Source: Vicugna vicugna
Taxonomy: Eukaryota
Direction: 5' to 3'
NCBI GenBank assembly: GCA_013265495.1
Contig: MU058252.1
Span: 1,522,728 to 1,586,243, forward strand
DNA length: 63,516 nucleotides
Below are positions 24,414-36,580 of this stretch, piece by piece. The translations under genes were made by a program, and so were the position numbers. The stretch's first letter is position 1; every line of letters begins with the position of its first letter. The notes under the pieces are model-generated. The model made no database searches. It saw only the letters and a list, made by a program, of their open reading frames with translations, and had not been told where the DNA came from.

Positions 24414-25351
24414 ATTTCCTCCTGAAAAATCTTTGGGTATTTATTGCCCAGAATAAACTCCAAATGTCATAGACTAGTGCTGAAGGTTTTCCCCAACTGG
24501 ATTTCAAATTCTTCTTTCTAACTTCGTCTCCACCAACACAGCCTGCGTCAGCTCACACTGGTCTAGTCATTTCCTGAAATAAGCCTCTGTGCCTTTGCAA
24601 ATGCGATTCTTCTTTTCCCGCTTTCCGTTCTTTCATTTTCAAATGTTCCTCCCTCTGTGGAGCTTGTCCTCGTTCTCCTGATCAGAATTAGTTATTCTCT
24701 CCTCAGCAGCCCCCACAATGTCCCCACTCTGTCCTTGCATGTTGAGAGACTGTCATGTATATATATACATATCGCCTCCTCTACCCGCCTCACAGGTGTT
24801 CATCTTTAGACCCCAGGCTCTCAGCCCCACGCCAGCATCTAGAAAGTACTTACTACTAAACGAATAAAGTCAGAGCTAAAATCCGAACCCAGGCAGTTTG
24901 GCTTCAAAGCCTGCACCTTTTACCAATATAAGCTATTTAGCTCCAAATCAAAAATCTTTAGTACCATGACAATGAAGTGTCATTGGTCACCAAGAAGAGA
25001 TGGTAAGAGGGCATGAGTGATTCAGTATAGCTCATCTCCCTTAATGGAAAAGAGTCTCAAATCTCAAGTGATAGTGAGGACAGGTCTGTGTCAGCTACCC
25101 CCCTCCCAACCCCTGCCTTTTTTTTTTTAATCCCTTAGGTATAATCCAGATAGCCAGACAGAGCTGCATGATTGTGGCCACACAAATCTAAGGTTAAGAG
25201 AATTACTAATCAGGGGAAGCAGCCACTGAGAATCAGTGATGGTACTGAACACTCCACATTTCGCTGCTTGGTATTTTTATAAGCTAACTTTAAAACTCAG
25301 AAAAATCCTTCCTTACAGATAAAGAAACTGAAGCTTAGAGGGTTGTTTTGA

Positions 25352-25352
<1 letters not shown>

Positions 25353-25387
<35 letters not shown>

Positions 25388-25460
25388 GTACTGGAGATTG
25401 AACCCAGGACCTCATGCATGCTTAGCCCATACTCTACCACTGAGCTACAGCCACCCACCC
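25353..25460 (-). mobile_element. Vic-1-like SINE with a (CA)n tail
   Basis: (TG)n at ~25353-25385 abuts the antisense head gattgaacccaggacctcatgcatgct...ctaccactgagcta. Confidence 0.9.
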
Positions 25461-25616
25461 TAGGGATGTTGAATAACTCATGAAGAAGCATATTTAAGTT
25501 TCTGAGACAGAATTTGGACACAGTGTCAAAGACTTCAAAATTTAGGCTCTTTCCATACTCTAATAAACAAGTAACATTAGTTTCATACTTTTTTTGGTTG
25601 GTATACACTAATACAA

Positions 25617-26395
25617 TGAAAATAAATGCTGGAGAGACTGTGGAGAAAAGGAAACCCTCCTACACTGCTGGTGGGAATGCAGTTTGGTGCAGCCACTGTA
25701 GAAAACATTATGGAGCTTCCTTCAAAAACTAAAAACAGACTTACCATAGGATCCAGCAATCCCACTCCTGGGCATATATCCAGAGAAAACTCTAATTCAA
25801 AAAGATACATGCACCCCAATGTTCATAGAAGCACTATTTACAATAGCCAAGACCTGGAAACAACCTAAACGTCCATTGATAGATGATTGGATAAAGAAGT
25901 TGTGGTACCTATATACAGTGGAATACTACTCAGCCATTAAAAGGAATAAAATAATGCCATTTGCAGCAACATAGATGGACCTGGAGATCATCATTCTATG
26001 TGAGGTAAGCCAGAAAGAAAAAGAAAAATTCTGTGTGATATCACTTATATGTGGAACCTGAAAAAGAATACAAATGAACTTATTTACAAAACAGAAACAC
26101 ATTCACAGACATAGGAAAAAAAAAACTTATGGTTACCAGCAGGGAGAGTGGGGGAAGTTTGGTGGGGGTGGAGGGATAAACTGGGAATTTGGAATTTGTA
26201 GATACTAACTACTGCATATAAAACAGATAAATAACAAGTTTCTACTCTATGGCACAGGGAACTATATTCAGTACCTTGTAATAACCTATAATGAAAAATA
26301 ATATGAAAAGGAATATATATGTACAACTGAATCACTATGCTGTACACCGGAAATTACCACAACACTGTAAACCGACTAGACTCTAATAAAAAAAA
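25617..26395 (+). mobile_element. 5'-truncated lineage-specific L1 (ORF2 C-terminus, 3' UTR, poly(A))
   Basis: aataaatgctggagag...gatccagcaatcccactcctgggcatatatcc...aataaaaaa; TSD actaatacaa at 25607-25616 and 26396-26405. Confidence 0.95.
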
Positions 26396-27459
26396 ACTAA
26401 TACAACTAAAAATATCTGGATTAAGAATACAGTATAAATTTTATCTTCACTGATAGCTATTTGTTATCAGTTATAATTATTGGGAACGCAGTGACCAAAT
26501 GTTTTTCTGCAAACTACTCTTGCTTAGAGTTCGTCTTGAACCCTGGTAAGTAAGCAAACACAAGAAGACACAGAAACAATGTAATTGTGTACCCAGTTTT
26601 CAGATACACACTGTTGCAAACAGAGTTTCAGCTGGATGAAAAGACTCAAACTTGGCAGCCATGGCTCCTTACTCCCCACCCTACCTGTCGCTGTTCAGGT
26701 GGAAATTCTTTGAGTTTCCCTGCACATGCTGTTACAGTTACATGAGTTCCCGCTGTGATGCTTCGAAAAAGTGCTCCAGAATCAACATCAGTAAGTTGCC
26801 CTTGGGAAGGCAACACCTCCAAAACCTGTTGCTTGTGAGACTGCACAATGGCAGGAAACATTTGGACTTAGCTCTTGGCAGTACGCTCTGTCCAGATTGC
26901 TTGGCGTCCAATTACACTACTCAGCAATTTCATTCCCGTCGGCAAAAAAATTAGATTTTTATTGGATACTCCTCAGTCTCTAGAACATACAGTGCCTGCC
27001 TCATGGAAGTTCATAAGTGTTTGTTACTAGAAGTAGAAAACATTTGAGGTGGAGAGCTCAAACATTTCAAAGTGTATCTGAAATAATCAAAGGAGCAAGT
27101 TAGTCTGAAGGATCGACTGCCCAGACTCCTCCGGGCCCGGGCGTACAGTGTGCCTCAGCGTACCAGATGCTGGCTTTCAACACTTGAGCATTTTCCTGTT
27201 TTCTCAAGAGGGCCTGAAGAAGGTGTCCCAAACGAAAGGAAACTTTTAATGTATCCTCATTTGAAAAGTAGGAGCTGCACTTATTTGATTAAGAATAGTT
27301 TTTATAATACCCACCTCATGGGGCTGTTATGAAGATTAAATGTGTGATGGGGTGAAAATGCTTTGTAAACAAAGATATTATTGTAATTCAGTTCTCCATA
27401 AGAGTTGGATCGGAAAGAGTTACAAATAAAACCATGATACTGTTTGGTAGAACAGAAGA

Positions 27460-27790
27460 CCTTATTAAAATGACATTGAAATTGGAAGGAAGAATGAGCT
27501 TGAGTGGAATCTTGAAGGATGGAGAGGATGGGAGAGGCAGAGAAGAATGTTATAGACTGAAGGGTCTGCACGAAGACCTGACAATACCAAGGGTTTGGCC
27601 TGTGGTCTGCTGTGTCCAGGTGTGTCAGGGGCGCCACATGACATGAGATTAGAACGGTGACGCAGGAGCAGACCATGGAGGACCTTGAATGCCATAATGA
27701 GGGTTTGGATCAAATTCCATGACAATAGGGAGCCACTGAAGGTTGTGGGGACAGGAGACTGACAGGATGTACAGACTTTCTGTGTTTTGC
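27460..27790 (-). mobile_element. L2 fragment
   Basis: cagaccatggaggaccttgaatgcca...aatagggagccactgaaggtt is typical antisense L2. Confidence 0.6.
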
Positions 27791-29704
27791 CACATCGCCT
27801 CTCCTAGCAGTGTAATGCACCCGAGATGTCTTGGACAGGCAGAGCATGGAGACAGGCTGGCCAGCGGAAAGCTCTGGAGTAGTTCAGCAAGAGTGACAGG
27901 AGGATAAATAGCAGGGCTGTAGACACAGGGGAAGTGGAGCGACTGAATGAACTGTGAGGGAGGAGGGCGAGAAGAGCTGGGGGGGCGGCGGAGGACCAGC
28001 TTTGCAGCTGGAGTAATCGCCATGCGCAGAGGCGGAAACAGCACAGCTGATCTGAGTAAGCTCAGAGCTCTAGGTGATCTCCCTACCAACCCTGTGGTTT
28101 GAGGTCTGTTATCAAACTGTCTGAAACTCTCCAGCCCATCAGCTCCAGCTTGGACCATTTTCTCTCACAATTGCCAAGACCTCTGGGAGGTCCATTGAGT
28201 GCAGTGACAGGCTTTTCCTCTTTAGGGAGAATGCCAGCTACTTTCAAAGGAACGGGCCCTACTTTTGGGGTCCTCCTTTCTCTATTTGCATCCTCATGGC
28301 AACAGAGAACACACAGATCGCTCCTTCCTGCAGTTCTGCAACGTAAGGCTCCCACTGCTGCTGGGCGGGCAGGTTTGCAAGACAGCCTTTACTTTTTGTG
28401 TTCTTTCTCCTTCTTGGCCCAGCACAACTAGTCAAATCAGGAAATCAAGACCACATTGTCCAAGTACTCACTAGCTAAATGGCATTAGATCGACAATCTC
28501 TAGAAGCCCTGATTATTTGGTTTTTAAGTTGTCTTCATGTGTGTAAAAATGCATTGTAGCCAGCATCAAAAGATGTTTATTAAAAGTTCATTTGAGAGTG
28601 GAGCTGGGTAATGCAGCAGTCAGGAGAGCAGTTATGAAACAGTCACATCACCTGCCAAGAAGAGATGCTGAATTCTCAACAGGAAGCATTCCCATTTCCT
28701 TGCCTCTGCCTGTTGGCAGGAAGGTGGGGTAAGGGGAGGGAGGGATGGGGGTGGGTCATTGTTGGGTAGAAACCCAATAAAGAGACGCCTCTTCCTGCCA
28801 CAGAAAACCGATTAAGATATTCCTCTCATTACAAGGAGTCCATAGAATTTTGCTTAGTGTTCTGGAGGGAGCAAACCTTAACAATATAATTAATAGAGAC
28901 TGTACTTGAAGTGCTTTGTACAGAACGGGAGGTTTGTTTCTCTGTGGGAGCTTTGCTGTTTGTCAAAACGGATGCCGTCAGGCTCTGACCTATAGGAGTT
29001 TATGATCTAAGAAGAACAATGCAGAGGAATACGCTGTAATAAACAGAAAAAAACCCAGTAAAAATTCCAACCCAGGAATTATACAGAACATTTGCTTTTA
29101 TTTGCTTTTGATGATAACAAAATTGCCTTATGATTTTCATTTACTCCATTACCTTTCATTGAGTAGCTACAAAATGTCAGAAATGTCTGAGGAACTGGAG
29201 ATAGAAAATTGTATCAGACACGGTTCTACTCTGGAGCTCCTGCTCCACCAAGGGCTGTGGAAGTAGGGTGATTTTGAGGCCATCAGGTCAGTGGAGATGT
29301 GGACAGGTGTGTGAGGCCCTCTGCGAGCCCAGAGCAGAGACTGATTGCTCTTCCTTGAAGTTGGGGGAAAGCTTCCGAGGGGGACAGATCTCAGCTGGGT
29401 CAGCAAGGATGAGTTATCTAAGTGACAATTCCAAGCAGGGGCTAGAGGAGTGAAAAGGCCGAGAATGAGTGAGAACATATGGTTTAATTAGGAAAATTAT
29501 GAGTGAGGTCAGGCAAAAACTATTATTTGTTGTCATGTCCTTTACCGCTCACCAAATCCTACTCCCGTCAGGTGTTGGGAGCCGTGTGCTTCTGAGGACA
29601 CGAGACCCGTCTCCAGCCCAGAGGTGTGGTCTTTAATAGCCTAAGTCAATCAAAGGGCATCAGTTCCCTTATCAATGACTGCTTTTGGCTTAGGCTTAGG
29701 CTAG

Positions 29705-29860
29705 TGTTATGAGTTGAATTGTGCCCCCCCACAAAAGACAGGTTGGAGTCCTCACCCCTGGTGCCTGCGAATGTAATCTTATTTGGAAGCAAGGCCTTTG
29801 CAGATGAATCAAGGCAAGATGAGGTCCTTAGGATGGGCCCTAATCCACTATGACAGTGGC
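29705..29860 (+). mobile_element. MLT1 (MaLR) LTR, 5' part
   Basis: tgttatgagttgaattgtgcccccc...gaatgtaatcttatttggaa...gggccctaatcca. Confidence 0.85.
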
Positions 29861-29861
29861 T

Positions 29862-30525
29862 GGCAGCCAAGATGGCAGAGTAGAAGGAGCCAGGGCTCAC
29901 CCGCTCTCACAAACACAGCAGAATCATGACTAACTGCAGAACAACCATCGATAAAAAGGTGGAACCTACTGGAAGAGAGCTCCCATGACTAAAGACATAA
30001 AGGAGGAAGCACAAGGAGATGGGTAGGAGGTGGGGTAATCAATGTAATCAAATTCTATGCCCCTGGGTGGGTGGAAGACCTAAATAGACATTTCTCTAGT
30101 GAAGACATCCAGATGGCCAATAGGCACATGAAAAGATGCTCAGTATTGCTAATTATCAGAGAAATGCAAATCAGAACTACAATAAGGTATCACCTCACAC
30201 TAGTCAGAATGGCCATCATTAAATGGAAAAAAGCCTCCTACACTGTTGGTGGGAATGTAATTTGGTGCAGCCATTATGGAAAACAGTATAGAGATTCCTC
30301 AAAAAAACTAAAAATAGAGTTACCATATGACCAGCAATCCCACTCCTGGGTACGTATCTGGAAGGAACTCTAATTTGAAAAGGTACATGCACCTCAATGT
30401 TCATAGCAGCATTATTTACAATAGCCAAGACATGGAAGCAACCTAAATGTCCATCAACAGATGACTGGATAAAGAAGGTATGGTGTATTTATATAATGGA
30501 ATACTACTCAGCCATAAAAAGAATG
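29862..30525 (+). mobile_element. Internally deleted L1: 5' UTR start (~29862-30070) fused to the ORF2 C-terminal region
   Basis: CAAGATGGC L1 start motif, then directly gaagacctaaatagacatttctc ([23 protein letters not shown]). Confidence 0.8.
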
Positions 30526-31364
30526 TTTCCTGTTGCTCCTTCTCACGAGGCTTAAAGTCTTGGGGGCCGAGACTGTGAGTGTCCCACTTACTGTTTCATG
30601 GCCAAGCTAATCTAAGTCCTGTCTTACAGCAGACACTTGACAAACACGTACTAAGCGAATGAAAATAAAAGACGTGGCAGTGCTGACAGTCTTCAGTCTA
30701 GAGTTTATCTATAACATTCTAATGAAGGCCATGAAAAAGTGGGACCTGGCTGGGCTCTGGCAAAACACAAGGAGGCAAGTGGGCCTTTGCTCTCAGCCTG
30801 GGGGTCCTATGCTGGGATTCCTGCACACTCCTGAATTTTCCTTTTCCTCCCAACTTCCACCTCTCTTCCCAGTTCCCTTGATCAATTTCTAGGTCTAGGC
30901 CTTATTTGACCTAAATAGATTAAAAAAAAAAAAAAGAATGATCATGGTTTACCTAGCACGATCAACTAATTTATTACTTCTTCTGGGGAAAAAACAGTTT
31001 AAAAATGCTTTCAATACCAGTTAAACTACATGGAACTAAATCTCCAGAAACCTCCTAAAAAATGAAGGCAGGAATTTATGGTAGGGCAGAGAAGAGGGAG
31101 CAAGTGGGACTTCCACTATCTTCATAACTTGGTAGGTAAGTGCTTACCTACTTTGGTCCTGGGTTCCAGTAAGGACTTTTGGACGACCATTTCATCTTTG
31201 ATACTTGAAAACATTTTCCGTAATGATCTTGGTGGGGTATTAACCCAATCGTAGGCCATTCATTCCTTAAGGCAGGCCATGCATTTGTTTTGTAGGTTTT
31301 TCTTCTATACAAGAAATTATGCAGTGTTCTGGTAGGTATAATAATTCTGATGGTAATTTTTTTT

Positions 31365-31670
31365 CTTTATTCATTCAAAAAGCATTTGGGTGCTTCCCAC
31401 GAATGCGCCGAGTATGGTGCTAAGCATCCAGTCATCAATGGTTGGACAGACAGGAGCCCATCCTAGTGGAGCCTATAGTCTGGCGTGGGGGACCGACTAC
31501 AATGAAATATATATGGTACACATTTGCTCCAAATGTGAATGTAAGTAATAGATCTTGAGATAGGGAGTATGGTGCAGGGAAGGCACCTGGTGGGTGATCA
31601 GAGACAAATTCCTTAAGAGGTGACATGTGAGCGGAGACTTACAGGATGAGAAGGAGCCAGGCCTTGGAAA
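31365..31670 (-). mobile_element. L2 3' fragment
   Basis: ttcattcaaaaagcatttgggtgct...ggtgctaagc...tggagcctatagtct...gaggtgacat. Confidence 0.65.
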
Positions 31671-31729
31671 TGGGGTCACGTTCATGGTAAGTCAGTTAAA
31701 AATAGCCCGCAATCTCCTCAGGGGCCAGG

Positions 31730-32410
31730 TTGGACGTATGGGCAACGAGACCCCACTGCCAGCACTAAAGATGGCGGTCGGGGGGCGGGGCGAGGACTCG
31801 GCGTGCCCGCACCGTGATTGGCCGGCCAGGCGCGGCGTCACGTGGGCGGTCGCGAGCATCCGGGCTTCCGCGGCGGCGCTGCGGAGACTCCCGGGAGCGG
31901 GCGGCGCAGGGCGAGCGCGGCGAGCGGCCGGCGAGCGGACCGCTGCGGGGCCTCCCGGGCCGCCCGCGTGGGCCGAGCGGCGCGCGTGCCGAGCATGGCG
32001 GGCTCCCTGCCTCCCTGCGTGGTGGACTGCGGCACCGGGTAAGAGCCGCGGGCGCCCACCCCGCTCCCGCACGGCCCCGCTCCGGCCCCGGCGCCGAGCA
32101 CCTGCCCGCCGCCCGCCCTCGCCCTCACCTCACCTGGCGGCGGCCCGCCCCGGGCACGCCTGTGCAGGGGGCGGCTTCCGGCCCCGCTCCCCGCCCCGTC
32201 CCTCCCGTCCACGCCCGCAGGGGCCACGCACGGCTCGCTCACCTTGGTGGGGAGAGAGCCAGGGGCCCGGCGGGCCCGGCTCGCCTCGCCTCCCACCTCT
32301 CCTCTCGAGCGGCCCGCGGGGGCTCCCTGGGCTCGCAGCCTCCCTGGGATGCCCGCTTTCGGGCTGTTGGCGGCGGACCCCGCTGACGTTACTTGCTCTC
32401 CCCCTACATA
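31730..32410 (+). promoter_or_regulatory. ACTR3B: CpG-island, TATA-less promoter and 5' UTR of ACTR3B
   Basis: Very high GC and CpG density. Motifs: YY1-type AAGATGGCGG (31768-31777), GC box GGGGCGGGG (~31782-31790), inverted CCAAT box ATTGG (31817-31821), E-box GTCACGTG (31837-31844), ETS-like CTTCCG (~31865). Confidence 0.9.
31995..32038 (+). CDS. ACTR3B: Actin-related protein 3B, coding exon 1 (MAGSLPPCVVDCGTG, last codon split)
   Basis: ATG in good Kozak context (gagcATGG) inside a CpG island. The translation matches the Arp3B N-terminus as recalled (ACTR3 has MAGRLPA). Donor GG|gtaaga at 32039. Confidence 0.97.
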
Positions 32411-35400
32411 ACCGTGCCCCTGCCTTCTCACATTCTTAGAAGTGGCCCTCGTTTTGGGTCCCCAGGCGCATGTCAGTTCTCCTTGCTGGTTATTCTTTAT
32501 CGCTTACTTGTAGAGGTTTTCACTTTCATCTACCATGTTGGCACCTTTTTCCAGCCCACTCTGCTCTCTTCCAGTACTGAATGGCCCACTCAGGCTAAGC
32601 TGCTGTTTTAGTTTGCGTAGAGTTGCCTTTTCACTTAAAAAAATGTTAAAACGGCTCCATTTTGAAAAAGAAAGTCTAAATTTGGGAAATCCGGTTTGTG
32701 GCATAGTTCTTCCCCCACCCCTTTTACATTTTGGGTGTGATTGCTTCTTTTGGTGCTGTTAATATATGCAAAAGTGACCTTAGAAGGTGTCCTGTACTTT
32801 TAGTGGCCCGAGCTTAGCTGGTTTTTGGAAGGTGCTCAGTGCATCCATCTAGCTGGTAGTTTAGAAATTCAGGCTTGCCTGCTTGCGTGGTAGATGAAGT
32901 ACTTCATCAGATAGCCTGGAAGTAAATTTAGTTTCTTAAAGATTTTTCAAGGTGGGATTTTAATCATTTTTGCCACAAGATATTCCATGGCATGTTCACC
33001 TTAGTCTTGATTCTTTTCTCTAGAGAAATGCACTTGATTCGGTTTCCTTGACAACCTTGTGGGGGTGTCTTCTTTTATTTGCTACAGTCCATCTCCTACT
33101 GATCCTTTCCTTTTGCTCCTGGAGCCACCAGTAGTGGTTACAGGCTGGAAAAAAACTGCCTCTTGGCTTGTAGTAATTTTCCTTTTTGAAATACGCCTTG
33201 TACCAGAAGTTTTGTGGCTCTTTATTTTAGAAGGTTGTTTCGCTACCCAAAGCCCAAGCCAGAAACCAGTATTGATATTAACACCCCTCAATTGTTGGCT
33301 TCCTTATCCATCCCCTCCTCCCATGCATGATCTAGTATTCACCCCACATCTACCTGAGGCTAGGTTGTGTCAAGAGTGAAGGAAACAGGTAAAATAATTT
33401 TGCTTCCCACATTTGTATGTGCAGTTTTTGTTTTTGTGGTTTTGGTCTTGTAAAACTATTGAAACACAAAGCATTTCTTAGTAGAAGCAATAAAATGTGC
33501 CCACAGAGTTTGTCATTCCTTTAATATTAGTAAGCTGAGGACCTTACTCATCCTTCTTGCTATAAATATCTAAAATGTGGCACTCAGTTTTGACCTTTTG
33601 AGGTAGGTGATATCTCACTTGGAGATGCAACTTCAGGTTATCATTGTTTTAAGGCCCAAATTTATATTACTGTCTTCAGGCTTCAGGCTTTGGTGTCGAG
33701 AGTTGGAAACAGTGGCCAGGAATCTTCCCAGTGGGTTTCACATGGACATATTTTGTCATGGAAACAGCCGTGGTTAATCATGAATTCCCAGGGTCCAGTG
33801 TATGGCCAGAAGAGCAGTCTGGGAGAGCCTACATTTACTTGAGCATTTTAGTAGTTCTTATATTTCCCGTAGAGCTAACATGGTTTTTGGATTGACTTTT
33901 ACCTCAAAGTAAGATAAAAAGGGGGTAAAATGCAGATAAAAATAACTAGGACTATGGAAGAGAATGGGCCTGGGGAGTCACCCTTAACTACAGGTCGGTG
34001 GTGCAGCCATCCCGCCTTACCTTTGGCCTTAGTCTTCCTGTCTGAGAAAATTACAGGAGAGTCATGGTCAGTTATGTGATTTTCATTTTCAGAAAGGGAG
34101 AGAAATACCTGTTTCGTAGGTAAAAAAGCTTTTTCTCGTACCAAATTCTAGAGGAAAATTTCACATTGAATTATGCATGGTAGACATTAATGGTTTAGTA
34201 GACAATGTACTGAACAGTTTTTTTTTTTATAGCAAATGAATTTCTTCCTAGTATCCTGGCATCCTCTAATAAACCTGGGACCACCTCAGTGAGCACAGGT
34301 GTGCTGGGGGCCAGGCTAATAAGGACCAAGGCTCTGCTTGATCCAGAGGAAAAGCTTCATTTATGCAGAATAGTGTTCAGAGAATATCTCACAGATACGA
34401 GTTTCACTTAACTGTGCTTTTTGTATTTTTAAAGATTTTTTGAATTTTTAAAACTTATTTTGAAAAAATTTCAAATTACTGAAACGCTGCAAGAAGAGTA
34501 CTAAAAAAACTGCTATATAGTTTTCATCCAGTTTACTATTAACATTTGCTTTGTTGTTCTCTGTGTATCCATATACATTATTATTTTTCTGAACTGTTTG
34601 TAAGTTGCAGGCAGCATGCCATTTTATACCAAGATACTTCAGTGTATACTTTGTGAGAACAAGGACTTTCTTTCATGTAATCATTGGCCAACAATCAAAA
34701 CCAGGAAATGTAACATTTATACAGCAGTGTTATCTAAGATGCCGTCTGGAACCCATGAATGGTCCCATTATGTCTCACGGACACTCAGCTCTCCTCCCTT
34801 GTCCAGCACCATACATAGGTTGCTTGTCATCATGTCTTTTTGGTCTCACTGGACCAGTTCCTTAGCCTTTTTCTGTCTTTCAAGACAGTGGCATTTTTGG
34901 CAGCCATTTGTTATGGATAATGCTCCTCAATTCAGGCTCATCTGGGGTTGCCTTAGGATAGATACTGGGTGTGCATTTTTGTCACGAGAATCACAGAAGT
35001 ACCATCAGAGCTGCTTAGTGCATCACTAAGAAGGCCTCTCCCCCAGCTTTACTGAGATATAATTGACATATAACATTGCAAAAGTTCAAGGTTATTATGT
35101 GTTGATTTGGTACGTTTACGTATCACAAAATGATTATTGTAGTAGCGTTACCAACACCTCCATCACACGACATAATTCCCTTTTCCTTTTTTGTGGTGAG
35201 AACGTTTAAGATCCAGTTGTCTTGTCAACTTTCAGGTATGTAATACAGTACTGTTAACGATAGTCAGTGTGCTGTTCATTAGAACCCCAGAACTTATTCA
35301 TGTCAGAAGGCTTAAGACAGTTGATGAAGTTCAACTGGACGGTTATGTCCACTAGATTTCTCCACTGTGTGCTGTTTTCCCCTTTGTAATTAACGTCATC

Positions 35401-36081
35401 TGTGGCGAGATGGGAGATTATGTCAATACCCTGTTCTTCCTTAAACGTTCATGCATTATTGTCTGTATGGGTTATTTTGTTCAAAGAATTATGTCATTCT
35501 TACTGTATTCCATGGATTATTATTTCTTATTGCCATTATTTGTTTTGATGCTTAAATTTGTCCGGATTGTCCAGAAGCCCATTCAGGCTTTTCCTGGTGT
35601 TCTTTTGACATGTCCCCATCATTTTTTTGAGCACTTTTTATTATCGAAAGACTGCAACACAGCCAGTGCAGTGCAGACGTCTTTTTGTATGTTTTGTCGG
35701 AGTATCTCTGAGATAGGTTTCTAGAAGTAGGATTTCTGGGTCAAAGGGTGAGTGCATATGGAATTTTGCTGGACGGTGTCAAATCCCACTCAGTTGTGTG
35801 TCTACATCAGCAGTGTCTGAGAGTGCCTGTTTCTTTTTACAGACTCACCAACAGAGTCTGTTGCCAAATTTTTGATTTTTTACCAGTCTACAAGGTAGGA
35901 AATGATACCTTATTGTAGTTTTAATTTGAATTTTTATATTATTATATGGGAAGATGAGCATCTTTTCATATGATTAAGAGGCATTTGCATTTCTGTTTTC
36001 TGCCTCTTCATCTTTATCCCATTTTTCTGTGGGTTTTTGGTCTTCTGCTTCTTTATTTTTAGAAGCTTTTTGTTTTAGGAT

Positions 36082-36580
36082 GTGTTAAGGGTCCCACAGA
36101 CCATCCCCAGGTTCAGTGATTCGCTGGGAACAATTCACGGGACTGTAGTGAGAAGGTACAAGGCAAAACAGCCAAGGGAAAAGGCACATGAGGCGGAGCC
36201 TGCAGGAAACCAGGAGCAAGCTTCCAGGGTCCTTTTCTCAGTGGAGAGTCACACAGACATGCTTACTCAGCATCCAGTAGTGATGGCACGTGTGAAGCAT
36301 GGTTTACTGGGGAAGCTCCCTTAGAGACTCGGTGCCTGAGTTTTTATTGGGGGCTGGTCATGACTCCTTTGGCCTGGCACATACCCAGATTCCAGAGTCC
36401 CGGAAGGAAAGCAGGTGTTCAGCAGAAATGTATTTGCACGGTTTAAGCACAGTGAACCACTCTTAGCACTAGGGAATGGTGGGGACCCTCCTGAAATCCC
36501 AGATGCCAGCCAGAGGCCAGGTTTATAAGCAGACCTTTGAAAGGAAAGCAGTCATAGCCTGTTACCTCTTTTCTGTGCAT
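36082..36580. mobile_element. MER21-like ERV LTR nested in L1
   Basis: gggtcccacagaccatccccaggttcagtgattcgctggga...agaccttt...gcagtc. Confidence 0.7.

Noticed and set aside
26646..26954. Minus-strand AG...GT-bounded open frame (~26690-26822), overlapping 100-aa plus-strand ORF, and GTTGCC-N8-GGCAAC inverted repeat
   Set aside because: The acceptor lacks a polypyrimidine tract, neither peptide is recognisable, and the spacer is too long for a canonical RFX X-box.
27649..28158. 169-aa minus-strand ORF
   Set aside because: It overlaps L2-derived sequence, has a non-ATG start, and shows no recognisable domain.
31627..32439. Long overlapping ORFs (270, 197, 190 and 126 aa) over the CpG island
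   Set aside because: They are Arg/Pro/Gly/Ala-rich products of stop-codon scarcity in GC-rich DNA. Only MAGSLPPCVVDCGTG is real, and its apparent stop lies in the intron.
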